Of a stretch of DNA of 64,000 bases, positions 31,553 through 42,239 are shown one piece after another. This DNA is from Promethearchaeota archaeon. GTDB taxonomy: Archaea > Asgardarchaeota > Heimdallarchaeia > Hodarchaeales > Hodarchaeaceae. The stretch lies in the NCBI GenBank assembly GCA_048938105.1, contig JBHLMN010000001.1:160001-224000 (forward strand). The letters are read 5' to 3'. The stretch's first letter is position 1. Each line of letters starts with the position of its first letter. A program made the position numbers and the translations under genes. Below the pieces are notes generated by a model. The model made no database searches and was not told the origin of the DNA. It saw only the letters and a program-made list of their open reading frames with translations.

Positions 31553-32902
31553 ATGAAAAACCTCAGTGTTGCTATACATGGTACTGGATTCATTGGGTTG
31601 GTCAGTGGTTGCTGTTTTGCAATTAAAGGCTTTAAAGCTATTAATTCAACATTTAATGCAAAAAATTGTGAAAAGATCAATAAAGGTGAGTCACCCTTCT
31701 TTGAGAATGGGCTTTCAGAGTTACTTAGAAAAGCTATTAACTCTGGGAACTTTAAATGTGTTATTGGACGTGAAGATGCGGTTAAAGAATCAGATATCAG
31801 TATGATAGCCGTCGGTACCCCTATGAGAAAGGATAATAGCATTGATTTGCAATTCATCGAACAAACAGCTCGACAGCTCGGTCAAGCTCTTAGAAAAAAA
31901 GACAATTATCACACCCTTGTGGTCAGGTCTACCGTGGTTCCTGGAACCACGAGAAATTTGGTAGGTAGATTGATTGAAGAAGAATCTGGGAAGAAAATGG
32001 GGGAAGATTTCGGTTTATGTATGCAACCTGAATTTTTAGCAGAAGGACGGTCAATTTTGGATACACTGGAACCTGATAGAATTATCATTGGTGAATTAGA
32101 TACTCGTTCAGGGGATATACTCCAACAATTATATGAAGAATTCTATGGTGACCATTTAAAGAAGTGTCCCATTGTACGAATGAATATAGAAAGTGCTGAA
32201 CTCGTTAAATATGGAAATAACTGTCTTCTTGCCACTAAAATATCTTATGCAAACGAAATGTCCAGAATTGCAGAACTAGTGTCTGGTGTTGATGTTGTTC
32301 AAGTTATGAAAGGAGTAGGCCTTGATTATCGCCTTAATGAGGAATTCCTAGGCGCAGGTGTAGGTTTTGGAGGATCATGCTTTCCCAAGGATGTGAATGC
32401 TATTACAGCATTTGCTAAATCACAAGGCTATAATCCACGATTATTTTCTGCAGTTTTAGATATTAATGATGATCAAGCAATGCATGCAGTCGAGTTACTT
32501 CAAGAAGAGATTCCAGATTTAACAAATAAACGTGTCGCTCTTTTAGGGTTATCTTTCAAGCCTGGCACCGACGATATGAGATATGCGCCTTCTATCCGCA
32601 TAGCTAATCAATTACTTAAGCATGGTGCCACAGTTATAGGTTATGACCCAGTTGCAGAAGAAGCAGCAGAAAAAGTATTAGGTAATTCAATTCTTTATGC
32701 GGGAGGAATTCAGGAAGCTCTTGAGAATACTGATGCTGCAATTGTAGTTACGGAATGGAACGAAATTGCCTCAATTAAAGCTGAAGTTTTTAAAAAATGC
32801 ATGAAAACACCTATTGTTATAGATGGTCGTAGAGTTTATAACCCCACAACCTATAAAGATCATGTGACTCTTCTTAGTTTTGGTAGAAAGGAAAGAACTT
32901 AA
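31553..32902 (+). CDS. ugd: UDP-glucose 6-dehydrogenase (AglM-like)
   Basis: GTGFIG, AVGTP, RSTVVPGT, PEFLAEG, GFGGSCFPKD and GLSFKPGTDDMR motifs. Confidence 0.9.
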   Translation: MKNLSVAIHGTGFIGLVSGCCFAIKGFKAINSTFNAKNCEKINKGESPFFENGLSELLRKAINSGNFKCVIGREDAVKESDISMIAVGTPMRKDNSIDLQFIEQTARQLGQALRKKDNYHTLVVRSTVVPGTTRNLVGRLIEEESGKKMGEDFGLCMQPEFLAEGRSILDTLEPDRIIIGELDTRSGDILQQLYEEFYGDHLKKCPIVRMNIESAELVKYGNNCLLATKISYANEMSRIAELVSGVDVVQVMKGVGLDYRLNEEFLGAGVGFGGSCFPKDVNAITAFAKSQGYNPRLFSAVLDINDDQAMHAVELLQEEIPDLTNKRVALLGLSFKPGTDDMRYAPSIRIANQLLKHGATVIGYDPVAEEAAEKVLGNSILYAGGIQEALENTDAAIVVTEWNEIASIKAEVFKKCMKTPIVIDGRRVYNPTTYKDHVTLLSFGRKERT

Positions 32903-32970
32903 CTTAATATTGTTTATTAGTTTAATCTTTGCATAGGAAATAGCAATCTAAACCTTAGTCTGGAATTTTA

Positions 32971-33810
32971 ATGCCCCAAAAGACCCGAATTACGATTACA
33001 ATTGATCCTGACATTGTTAAGCAAATTGACGCCGAAATTGATGGAGTATTGATTCGTTCTCGTAGTGAAGCAATCGAAAAATTTGTCAAGCAATATTTAG
33101 GACAACAAAGAATTGCTGTAATTCTTGCAGGGGGGAATCCCGATTCATTACGTACCCTAGAAACAGCAGATTACAGACCCTTACTACCTATTAATGACAA
33201 GACTCTTGTTGAGTACATTATTGATAAGATCATCGCAGCTGGTTTTCAAAAAATCGTCATTATAGGTCAATCAAGTTTGATTAAAGCTATTTATTCTGTT
33301 ATAGCGCCAAATAAACCTTTATTGGAATCAATAGAGTTTATAGAAGAATCTGAATCCTTAGGAACAGCAAAAACGTTGGAACTTTCGCGAAGTTTAATTA
33401 AGAATGATTTCCTTATAGTTCCATGTGATACATATTTTGATTTCAATCTCCAAGATCTATATAATTTCCATCTGCAACAGAATACTTTAGCAACCTTTGC
33501 GATTTATAGTCGTACTTCCTTTGATAGCAAATATAAGGGGATTGTAGAGATGGACGGCTTTCGAATCGTCTCGCATGAAGAAAAACCTAAAGAACCCAAA
33601 AGCCATTTAATTAAAACAATGATTGGTATCCTGTCACCACAAATCTTTGAATATATTCCTCCTGGCCCAGTTGAATGGAGGATTGAACAGGAACTTCTTT
33701 CCCGACTTATTGAACAAAAAAAAGTGCTAGGATATCCTGTTGCAGGAGAATGGTTTAATATTCATACTTTACAAGACCTAACGATGTTGAAATCGTATTT
33801 AGGATATTGA
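32971..33810 (+). CDS. Ribbon-helix-helix domain fused to a degenerate nucleotidyltransferase domain
   Basis: N-terminal RITITIDPDIVKQID...SRSEAIE (RHH), followed by VILAGG, LGTA, VPCD and EEKP (NTP transferase). Confidence 0.8.
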   Translation: MPQKTRITITIDPDIVKQIDAEIDGVLIRSRSEAIEKFVKQYLGQQRIAVILAGGNPDSLRTLETADYRPLLPINDKTLVEYIIDKIIAAGFQKIVIIGQSSLIKAIYSVIAPNKPLLESIEFIEESESLGTAKTLELSRSLIKNDFLIVPCDTYFDFNLQDLYNFHLQQNTLATFAIYSRTSFDSKYKGIVEMDGFRIVSHEEKPKEPKSHLIKTMIGILSPQIFEYIPPGPVEWRIEQELLSRLIEQKKVLGYPVAGEWFNIHTLQDLTMLKSYLGY

Positions 33811-34082
33811 GTATTTAAGAAAACAAACAACGAAAACGGAAATACAATTATTTAACTGAACCTTTAGGAAATAAGCTACAATCCTCTTTTAAGCTTTTCA
33901 TGTTAGTTATTTTTGCCAAATAAATTCTCCTTGAAAAATCGTAGTTCAATGAGGGTCAATATTTAAAAATACTAACAAAATAAAACAACAGAAAATTCAC
34001 CAAATTGACTGTAAAGGTTATGTTTTTATTCTTCAAATTTAGTTGCTTGTAAATTGAATTGATCTTGTTTTTCAATTAGGAT

Positions 34083-35429
34083 ATGATTTATGTGTCTACT
34101 CATATCATTGTATTCGGAATGGGCTATGTAGGTATTCCATGTGCAGCATTACTTGCTGATGTTGAAGGATTTCATGTCACAGGTGTTCAGAGAAGATCTG
34201 AAAGATCAGGTTGGAAGATCGATTATCTGAACAGTGGAAAATCTCCTTTCAAGGGAAAAGAACCTGGTCTAGATGAACTTATTAATAAAGTTGTGAAAAG
34301 AGGAACTTTTAATGTTACAGATGATCCATCTGTGTGTTCTACAGCTGATTTTGCTCTCATTGACGTTCAAACACCAACTGATGGGGTACATATTCCTCAA
34401 TATGAGTCTTTAGAGGAGGTAAGTAAGCATATAGGAAAGCATATGGGGAAAGGGATAACTGTGATTGTCGAATCCACAGTTGCTCCAGGTACTACAGAAA
34501 ATATCGTCCGACCTATATTGGAACAAGAATCAGGTATGAAAGCTGGTAAAGATTTCTATTTAGCTTTTTCATTTGAACGTGTTATGCCTGGAAAGCTATT
34601 AGATTATATTATCAATATGCCGCGAGTAATTGGTGGTATTGACAAAACCAGCGCAGAAAAAGCCCATTGGTTGTACAAGCATATTGTAAAAAAAGAAATC
34701 TCAACTACCTCAAGCTGTGTTGCTGCTGAGTTAGCTAAGACAATTGAAAACTCCTATAGAGATGTGAATATTGCTTTCGCCAATGAAATGGCTCTTGTAT
34801 GCGAAAGTATGGGAGTGAATATTTTCGAGATTATTAAACTCATCAATACTCGTCATGACCGTCACATGCATCTCCCTGGAGCTGGTGTAGGAGGACATTG
34901 TCTTCCTAAGGATCCTTGGTTATTGAGATATGGTGTTATGAAGTATGGAACTTATTTTCGTGAACCTGAATTTATTTCTCTTGGAAGAAGGATTAACGAT
35001 CATATGCCTGTTCACATTGTCGAATTAATCAGTGACATGTTTGAAAATCATAATTTAGTGTTTCGTGAGTCAGTTATCACGATCCTTGGTTTGGCATATT
35101 TAGAAGATTCTGACGACCTAAGGAATACTCCTGCTAGACGTGTTGTATCGTTGTTGAGATCACGAAACGCTGAAATTAGACTACACGATCCGTACGTTGA
35201 TTCATTTGATAGTTTCTCTATAGAGAAAGATATCTGGAAGGCATTAAACCGAAGTGATTGTGCTGTTCTCATTACAAAACATTCACAATATTATGAAATC
35301 GATCTCCAAAGGCTGAAAGAGATAATGAGAACACCAATTATTATTGATGGGCGCAATATTTTTTCACAAGAAAAGGTTATGAAAATAGGTATTTCTTATA
35401 GAGGCATTGGAAAAGGAATAAATATTTGA
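34083..35429 (+). CDS. Nucleotide-sugar dehydrogenase (WecC/UDP-HexNAc 6-dehydrogenase family)
   Basis: GMGYVG, ESTVAPGTT, ERVMPG, ENSYRDVNIAFANE and GVGGHCLPKDP motifs. Confidence 0.9.
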   Translation: MIYVSTHIIVFGMGYVGIPCAALLADVEGFHVTGVQRRSERSGWKIDYLNSGKSPFKGKEPGLDELINKVVKRGTFNVTDDPSVCSTADFALIDVQTPTDGVHIPQYESLEEVSKHIGKHMGKGITVIVESTVAPGTTENIVRPILEQESGMKAGKDFYLAFSFERVMPGKLLDYIINMPRVIGGIDKTSAEKAHWLYKHIVKKEISTTSSCVAAELAKTIENSYRDVNIAFANEMALVCESMGVNIFEIIKLINTRHDRHMHLPGAGVGGHCLPKDPWLLRYGVMKYGTYFREPEFISLGRRINDHMPVHIVELISDMFENHNLVFRESVITILGLAYLEDSDDLRNTPARRVVSLLRSRNAEIRLHDPYVDSFDSFSIEKDIWKALNRSDCAVLITKHSQYYEIDLQRLKEIMRTPIIIDGRNIFSQEKVMKIGISYRGIGKGINI

Positions 35430-35602
35430 TTATTTTACCTCAACGAGGTATTTTACTATTGTTAGCATTTTTAATTGGAATAAAGTGTGAGGAAAGAAGA
35501 ATTCATTTCCCCGATGGAACACAAATATAGAGTTAATGAATTAGAATACATGATCAATTCTTTAAGGGGAAAATGACGGACAAAGCAATTCCATTGTTTT
35601 TA

Positions 35603-36571
35603 TTATGATTTTAGTTTTCCTTGCTTTTCAATCCAATGATATGTTTTTTCTAGTCCTTCTTCTAAACTTACAGAGGGTTCCCAGTTTAGTGTCTTTTTAA
35701 CCAAATTCAAATCAGCATTTCTTCCCCGTACTCCTTGTGGTTTTGTTAAATCATAAGTTTTTTCGATATCCTTTCCTGAGATCTTTATGATGATGTCTGC
35801 TAGCTCTGAAATAGTTACCAATCGATCTGATCCAATATTAAGCGGTTTTTCATAATCACTTGCCATTAATTTGTCTATTCCATATATACAATCATCTATG
35901 TAAAGGAAAGAACGTGTCTGTTCCCCATCACCCCAAATAGTGATTTTGCCTGGATTGGGAGACTGTGCTATTTTTCGACATAAAGCTGCAGGAGCTTTTT
36001 CCTTCCCTCCTTCATAAGTTCCCTCTGGACCATATATATTATGAAATCGGGCAATATGGATCATTAATCCGTAATCTTTTTGAGTAGCCTCACAAATCCT
36101 CTCCATCATCAGTTTTTCCCATCCATAATATGTATCAGGATGTGCAGGAATGGCATCTGTTTCTTTCAATGGAATAACATTTTCAGAGGCCTGTTTTTCC
36201 TCAGGGTAAACACAAGCAGAAGAAGCGAAGAAGAAGCGTTCAATATTATTCTTGACTGCAGCTTTCAGCATATTGATATTTATGAGTCCATTATTAAACA
36301 TTACATCAGCGCCAACTTGTGTAATATAACCAATTCCTCCCATATCTGCAGCAAAATGGAAAATATAATCAACTCCTTTTGTCGCTTTCAGACAATTAGT
36401 GAAATTTCTCATATCTAAGGTGACTTTTTCAGAGTAATATGGTTTCTGTAAATATCCGTCCCATTTAATGTCAACAGCACGAATAAAATTTCCATCCTCG
36501 AAGTATTTTTTCGCTGTATGAGATCCAATGAATCCACCAGCGCCAGTCACTAAGATTTTCTTATCTTTCAC
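35603..36571 (-). CDS. GDP-mannose 3,5-epimerase-like SDR
   Basis: AADMGGIGYI, ASSACVYP, YGWEKL, RFHNIYGP..GGKEKAPAALCRK and PQGVRGRN motifs. Confidence 0.85.
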   Translation of the reverse strand: MKDKKILVTGAGGFIGSHTAKKYFEDGNFIRAVDIKWDGYLQKPYYSEKVTLDMRNFTNCLKATKGVDYIFHFAADMGGIGYITQVGADVMFNNGLININMLKAAVKNNIERFFFASSACVYPEEKQASENVIPLKETDAIPAHPDTYYGWEKLMMERICEATQKDYGLMIHIARFHNIYGPEGTYEGGKEKAPAALCRKIAQSPNPGKITIWGDGEQTRSFLYIDDCIYGIDKLMASDYEKPLNIGSDRLVTISELADIIIKISGKDIEKTYDLTKPQGVRGRNADLNLVKKTLNWEPSVSLEEGLEKTYHWIEKQGKLKS

Positions 36572-36820
36572 TTGTTATTTACTCCTAGGCTATCTTCATT
36601 TGCATTTAGAGAAATCAATATGAAAGCTTTTTGCTTTTATTTTTCATAAAGGTGTGGATAGCCTACAACGTATAAAAAATTTAATTTTTTAATGACTTGT
36701 CGAGCTTAACATTTTCTAGATCATATTCCGGAAGGAAAGAAACACAAACCGAATTGTCATTTAATCAAATTTTGGATTTATGAGGTAAATCGTTAAAATG
36801 ATAACTATAGTCATTTTCTC

Positions 36821-37687
36821 TCAAGTTTGACAAAAAAAATAACTTTGAGTAAGAAAAACATTTATACCTAAAAATTTTATAAACAATAGGGGATTGGAGC
36901 GATATTTAAAAAAAGGATGATCATAAAGGGTCGGAATAATAGAAAATTTATTTATGTGGAACCCTTCTTTTTCCAATAGAGTTTTGAATGTCCTGTGTGT
37001 AAAATGATGAGGATGAGGAGTGTCAATTTTGTCAAGAAGAGGAATTAATAAGGTCATTAGAGGATTAATAGTGTGAACATCAATTAGAAGATTTCCACCA
37101 TTCTTAAGAACTCTTCTGAATTCTGCCAATACCTTGCGTGGGAAACTGACATGATCAATCACGTTTTGACATATTAAAATATCAACAGAATTGTTTCTAA
37201 ATGGTAGAATCTCTCCCAAAGCTGAAAAGCGAATAACATCTTTTGTTGCATATTCAAATACTTTAAATTCTTTATATATATCCAATAACGGGTCGATACC
37301 GATCAAGATATTCTTATTTGAGAATTGTTTAGAAAAATGACTCAACCCCGTCAAAAAACCATATGGACCACACCCTACTTCCAATATTGTCTTCGCTTCG
37401 AAACTTTTTCCCAAATACTGGAATCTTGTTAAAGATTTTTGGAAGAAATTAACAATCCGACTAAACTTTGGTGTAAACTTCTCATATTCTTTCTGCCAAA
37501 ATTTACTTTCTTTCTCTTGTGCTAAAATCCATCGGTTACTTAGTATAGTATTCCTCGGGATTAGATTAAGAAGCAACCCGTCATTATCTTTGAAAGTGAT
37601 TTTACAAGTTTTACAATGCGCTGAATCATCTAGCTCGCTTTTACAGTCTGGACAAATTAATAAATGAATAATTTTTTGAAAGCTCAC
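36821..37687 (-). CDS. Class I SAM-dependent methyltransferase with N-terminal Zn-ribbon (Trm112-like)
   Basis: CPDC...CKTC, ILEVGCG, GIDPL, NVIDHV and RVLKNGG motifs. Confidence 0.85.
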   Translation of the reverse strand: MSFQKIIHLLICPDCKSELDDSAHCKTCKITFKDNDGLLLNLIPRNTILSNRWILAQEKESKFWQKEYEKFTPKFSRIVNFFQKSLTRFQYLGKSFEAKTILEVGCGPYGFLTGLSHFSKQFSNKNILIGIDPLLDIYKEFKVFEYATKDVIRFSALGEILPFRNNSVDILICQNVIDHVSFPRKVLAEFRRVLKNGGNLLIDVHTINPLMTLLIPLLDKIDTPHPHHFTHRTFKTLLEKEGFHINKFSIIPTLYDHPFFKYRSNPLLFIKFLGINVFLTQSYFFCQT

Positions 37688-37946
37688 TAATAGACCACAG
37701 TTGCTATTGAATGTGTTAATTTAAAAAAAAATTTTTTAAGTATTAATAGTTAGAAGTTGAAGAAGTGTTAAATTAATTATATTCAACTAATATACAGATA
37801 AATAATGATGTTTAGATTGTAGAATCAATATCGACAATAATTAAACTATTTTAAGGATATTAATAACACGAATCTGCAAAAAATTGAAATTTAGGAAATT
37901 TTGTCTTCATTAACAACAAAAAGAAAATTCACAGAGTAAGAAAAAT

Positions 37947-39722
37947 ATGTTTAATGAGAAATATAGAAAAATTCTCCTCTTTTCTTATATGAATGTTATA
38001 ATAACATTATTTATTAGATCCTATATTCCAATATATTGGCAAATTGGTCGTTTTTTCTCAGTTCTATCAGGATTTTCCATCCTATTTGTCTCTGGATATT
38101 GGATCACGAATTTTTTAAAAGTTAATGAAGAGGAGGACCTAAAAAAAGATTCAAAATTAGGAATAAACCTATTCAACATATCATTAATCTTAGCTGCAGG
38201 TTTGACATTATCTACCCTCACTGTTGTAAGTAGTATTCTTTTAATTGGATTTTTTTCAAACGAATTATTCTATATTTTCCTTTTAGTTATTACTCTAATC
38301 TATTTGCCCTCATTAAAGGATATTGAATGGAGGAACTCTATTAAGAATAGAAATTTGGAATGGATTAATCAAGTTAAGAATAAAGTAATCCTAAAATTTA
38401 ACCCAAATTTTATAATAATCGTTATAGGCGTAATAATTTGGTTTTTTGGATGCACTTTAGATCCAATTTTGATTTATCGTATAGGATTAAATAGAATTCA
38501 GATCCAGATGTTTTCCTTTTTGCTAATTTTTTTTGCTTCGATATATTCGATTAGATCCAAGAATAATTGGACAACATTAATATCAATTTTTTTATTATTA
38601 TTATTCACAAGAATTTGTATTTACCAAGAAGAATTCATTATTGGATCTGACTCGACTACTCATTATGAGAGATTTCTACAAATATCTGAAAATCCTCAGG
38701 TTATGTTTGATCTAGTACCAATAAATTTATTTGCTCCAATAACTTATTCATGGATGATATTTCTGAATATATATGGCAATGATTATATTATTCCTTTCAG
38801 CTTCATTTTATTAAGTTGTTTCGCGTATATGTGTATATATGCTCTAGGAATAAAGTTAACATCTTTCAAAATCGCTAGTATAGGATTATTGTTTTCAACT
38901 ATTGAATTTACTACATTTCAATTTGGTTTTGAAATCAGAACTTTTACAATTGCCCTTATGTATATCGCATTATGGGCTCATTCTTTATTTGAATTTAAAG
39001 AACGCAAACAGAACCAAGTTATTCATATGCTACTTCTTGCCCTCATTGGACTTTCTCACATCACCTCATTCCTCATTATTTTACTAATTGAAGGTTGTTT
39101 ATCACTCTTTTTCCTGATTGAGAAATTGAATGATGTTCTCTTTCAAGGAACTATCATTCTTTCAAAGTTTCCTATTACTACACAATTGATTTTATTCCTA
39201 TCACCAATTTTTTTGATACTTTCTTTCTCTTTTTATTATTCCAACGAATCTATTAAATGGATTATAGATGTTTTACTTAATAGAAATCCCATTTATTACA
39301 TTTCATTTGATTTAAACCGTATTCCAGGACTTTCATCTGCGATATATGGCCCTATTGGAATGATAATTATCTGGTTAAGCAGAATTTCCTTTATGATAGT
39401 GATTCTTTTTGCTTTTGTTATCCATCCCAAAAACCTTACAAGATTTACAAAATATCTAAGAATATTAATTGAGGATCCTTTATCACGATTATTAATCTAT
39501 ATTGTTTTTTCGTTAAGTTTAATATTTTTCATAACCTTATTTATTCCCGAGGTGCTTTCTCCATCACGAATTTATGTTTTATTAGTATTACCTATGGGAT
39601 TTTTATTAGGCTTGTCAGAGAAGTCTTTAAATAAAAAGACAAATTATTATACAGGAATAATTTGCTTTCTCTTTTTATTAAACACCCTCATTAGATTTCC
39701 TAACTATTTTAAGATGGTTTAG
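37947..39722 (+). CDS. Polytopic membrane protein (GT-C-like candidate)
   Basis: About 15 or more hydrophobic segments; GSDSTTHY loop; LSH and PSRIY motifs. Confidence 0.5.
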   Translation: MFNEKYRKILLFSYMNVIITLFIRSYIPIYWQIGRFFSVLSGFSILFVSGYWITNFLKVNEEEDLKKDSKLGINLFNISLILAAGLTLSTLTVVSSILLIGFFSNELFYIFLLVITLIYLPSLKDIEWRNSIKNRNLEWINQVKNKVILKFNPNFIIIVIGVIIWFFGCTLDPILIYRIGLNRIQIQMFSFLLIFFASIYSIRSKNNWTTLISIFLLLLFTRICIYQEEFIIGSDSTTHYERFLQISENPQVMFDLVPINLFAPITYSWMIFLNIYGNDYIIPFSFILLSCFAYMCIYALGIKLTSFKIASIGLLFSTIEFTTFQFGFEIRTFTIALMYIALWAHSLFEFKERKQNQVIHMLLLALIGLSHITSFLIILLIEGCLSLFFLIEKLNDVLFQGTIILSKFPITTQLILFLSPIFLILSFSFYYSNESIKWIIDVLLNRNPIYYISFDLNRIPGLSSAIYGPIGMIIIWLSRISFMIVILFAFVIHPKNLTRFTKYLRILIEDPLSRLLIYIVFSLSLIFFITLFIPEVLSPSRIYVLLVLPMGFLLGLSEKSLNKKTNYYTGIICFLFLLNTLIRFPNYFKMV

Positions 39723-39761
39723 ATTACTAATAAAATAATAGATGGATTAAATTTTGATTTT

Positions 39762-40451
39762 TCAGTTTTTAATGAAGGTGTAGTTCCATTTGTCGATATT
39801 TACTAGATCATATTTCCTATTAATCAACTTACGAATCATATCTCTAACTTTAGATAGTGGCATAGGTTGATGAAATTCGACACATAAAATCTTTATTTCT
39901 AATCTATCTTCAATTATGCTCTCTAAAACCTCATATTCAGCCCCCTCTATATTGAGCTTAGCTAGATCTATGTGTTGATGACCTAAATCTTTCATTATAT
40001 TAGACAATCTTTTACATGACGCAATAAAGAATTTTCTTGTTCCTTGCAAATTTAAAATTGAATAAGATACGTGTAAAGGATTTCTAGGTGCGAAAAATTT
40101 TAATTCGACATCAGATGACCATAATCCAATATCATAAAAATGAAAGTTAGGGATTTTGGAAAAGTTTTTCTTAATATACTTTATTGCTCTTGGTGTTGGG
40201 TCAAAAGCATATACTTGACAAGAAAAACGATTTATAAGTTCCAAATCAAACGATATATCCTCACCTACTCCTATACAATAACAGATAGATTCTTTATCCA
40301 ATAAATTAATAGGAATAACCCATCCGCCATAATCACTTCCAAGTTTTTCGAGATGATCATATTTTTTAGGTTTAAAGTAAATTTTTAATATTAATCCTTT
40401 AATGAAATATAAGATTTGCTCCGAAATCCGAAAAAAAAGCATTATTATCAT
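39762..40451 (-). CDS. FkbM-family methyltransferase
   Basis: GSDYGGW, GVGEDISFD, FDPTP, KLNIEGAEY and VEFH motifs. Confidence 0.88.
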   Translation of the reverse strand: MIIMLFFRISEQILYFIKGLILKIYFKPKKYDHLEKLGSDYGGWVIPINLLDKESICYCIGVGEDISFDLELINRFSCQVYAFDPTPRAIKYIKKNFSKIPNFHFYDIGLWSSDVELKFFAPRNPLHVSYSILNLQGTRKFFIASCKRLSNIMKDLGHQHIDLAKLNIEGAEYEVLESIIEDRLEIKILCVEFHQPMPLSKVRDMIRKLINRKYDLVNIDKWNYTFIKN

Positions 40452-40945
40452 CTTATCTATCTGGGGAAGAATTTCCTTGAGAGTATGCCATATTTCCTTA
40501 AGTAATTATTAATAAATTAATGATGGATGTTTAGTAGACCTCTTAGATGGATTACAAGGTATTAATAAGAATGGATCAGAAACCAATTTTTAAAAGAGTT
40601 CTGCATCATGATGGACTTTTTTCAATAAACAGCTATTAAAAGCATTTTTCAGAAAATCAATCTCAGAAAAAAATGGATTAATGTAGATTATCACTAATTT
40701 ACCTTAAGTTGATATGTTATTTATCAATTAAGGCAAAAAGAAGATAACCTAATTTTTCGATTAGAAATGATGATGACCAAGCGCTTATAAAATTCCTTAA
40801 AAAAATGTGCTAATTTCCGCAGGTTAGCTCTTATATAATAATATTGTAACTTTTTAACTCAGATTTCTCAAAATCATTATTGAATCAAATCAATTTTAAG
40901 GATTAATTGATTTAAAATTTTCACCATTTTACAAGATGATTAAAT

Positions 40946-42106
40946 TTGGTTTTAGAGTCTTTAAAAGTAGATATTTCTCCTCAATTTAGAGCAGTCTTTG
41001 TAAGTGAAAGTATTGATTTCTTATCTAAAGCGATATTTTGGTTTATTTCTAGCATATACATGAACAAAACTGAATATGGTTATTTATCATACTTTATTTC
41101 TCTTTCAACATTCTTTTCTCTAATTTCCATTTTTGGATTAAACAGACTAGTGCTAATCAAGGGGGAAGATAACTCGAATCTTTTCTTTACTACTATAATA
41201 ACAATTTTTTTCACTTCTCTTCTTACTGGATTTCTTCTTATTCCTATAAATATTGCCTCATGGGTTTTTTTATTGAGTTTAAGCGTACAAAGTATCGTTA
41301 TTTCATTTATTTTAGCAAACCAACAGTTTCAAAATTACAGAAATCTAAGAATAGTCCAATTGGGAACTCTTCTTCTTTTCTATTTGCCATTAACTTTTTC
41401 CATGGGTTATAATGGCTCCATTTTAAGTTTGAGCATATCTAATTGCATGAGTCTTTTTCTCATTTTCTCAGAATTATCAGAACAAACTGAAAGAATAAAA
41501 TTTGACTTCAATATTTACAAATCAAATCTTCGTTTTTTGGTGATTTCTGCATTATTAGGAATTTTGGGTAGTTCGACGACAGCAATCGATAAACTTATGA
41601 TCGAGATCTCTTTTGGAATTGAATCTTTAGCGGAATTTCAATTCTCATCCCAATTCTTGGCAGCATTGAATATAATTGTGGTCATAGGATATTCTTATGT
41701 TCAACCTAAAAAGGTTAAAAGAGAAGATACCAAAAGAATAGAACGCTTTTTAATTTGGTTCTCGATTCTTTGTTGCAGCTTCATGTTAATAGGTTATCCA
41801 TTATTAATATTCTTTTTTTTCACAATTTATTCAAATACTATATTGCTAGGATTATTTCTTTTTCCCAATGTTGTTATACGTGTATTAATTATGTTGAAAC
41901 GTGCTGATTGTTATGCATTCGACAAAGTTACTACTTACCTAAGCTCTGAAATATTAATGATTCTAATCTATATTGGTGGTTTCGTCGGCACCAAAATATT
42001 TATTTCAATGATCGATATTTCAATAGTTGGTCTCTTCTTGATTGCAGGAAGCTTATCTCAATACCTTTTTTTAAATATTAAATTAAGATCACAATTAGAT
42101 TATTAA
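40946..42106 (+). CDS. Wzx-like flippase / polysaccharide biosynthesis membrane protein
   Basis: About 12 TM helices; EYG..Y, FGLN and IDKLMI motifs. Confidence 0.7.
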   Translation: MVLESLKVDISPQFRAVFVSESIDFLSKAIFWFISSIYMNKTEYGYLSYFISLSTFFSLISIFGLNRLVLIKGEDNSNLFFTTIITIFFTSLLTGFLLIPINIASWVFLLSLSVQSIVISFILANQQFQNYRNLRIVQLGTLLLFYLPLTFSMGYNGSILSLSISNCMSLFLIFSELSEQTERIKFDFNIYKSNLRFLVISALLGILGSSTTAIDKLMIEISFGIESLAEFQFSSQFLAALNIIVVIGYSYVQPKKVKREDTKRIERFLIWFSILCCSFMLIGYPLLIFFFFTIYSNTILLGLFLFPNVVIRVLIMLKRADCYAFDKVTTYLSSEILMILIYIGGFVGTKIFISMIDISIVGLFLIAGSLSQYLFLNIKLRSQLDY

Positions 42107-42239
42107 TTTTCCTATTAAGAAATCTGAAATTTTAAGAAATTAAATTGAATGATAGCTCTATAATGAAATTCATGTTAATTAATCTGATTACTAAAATCTA
42201 ATTCTATTATCTTTATGGTTATATCGCATAAATTTCTTT

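Noticed and set aside
40452-40945. Possible GT4 remnant (INDGCLVDLLDG-like fragment) in a long spacer
   Set aside because: The fragment is too short and degenerate to support without BLASTX.
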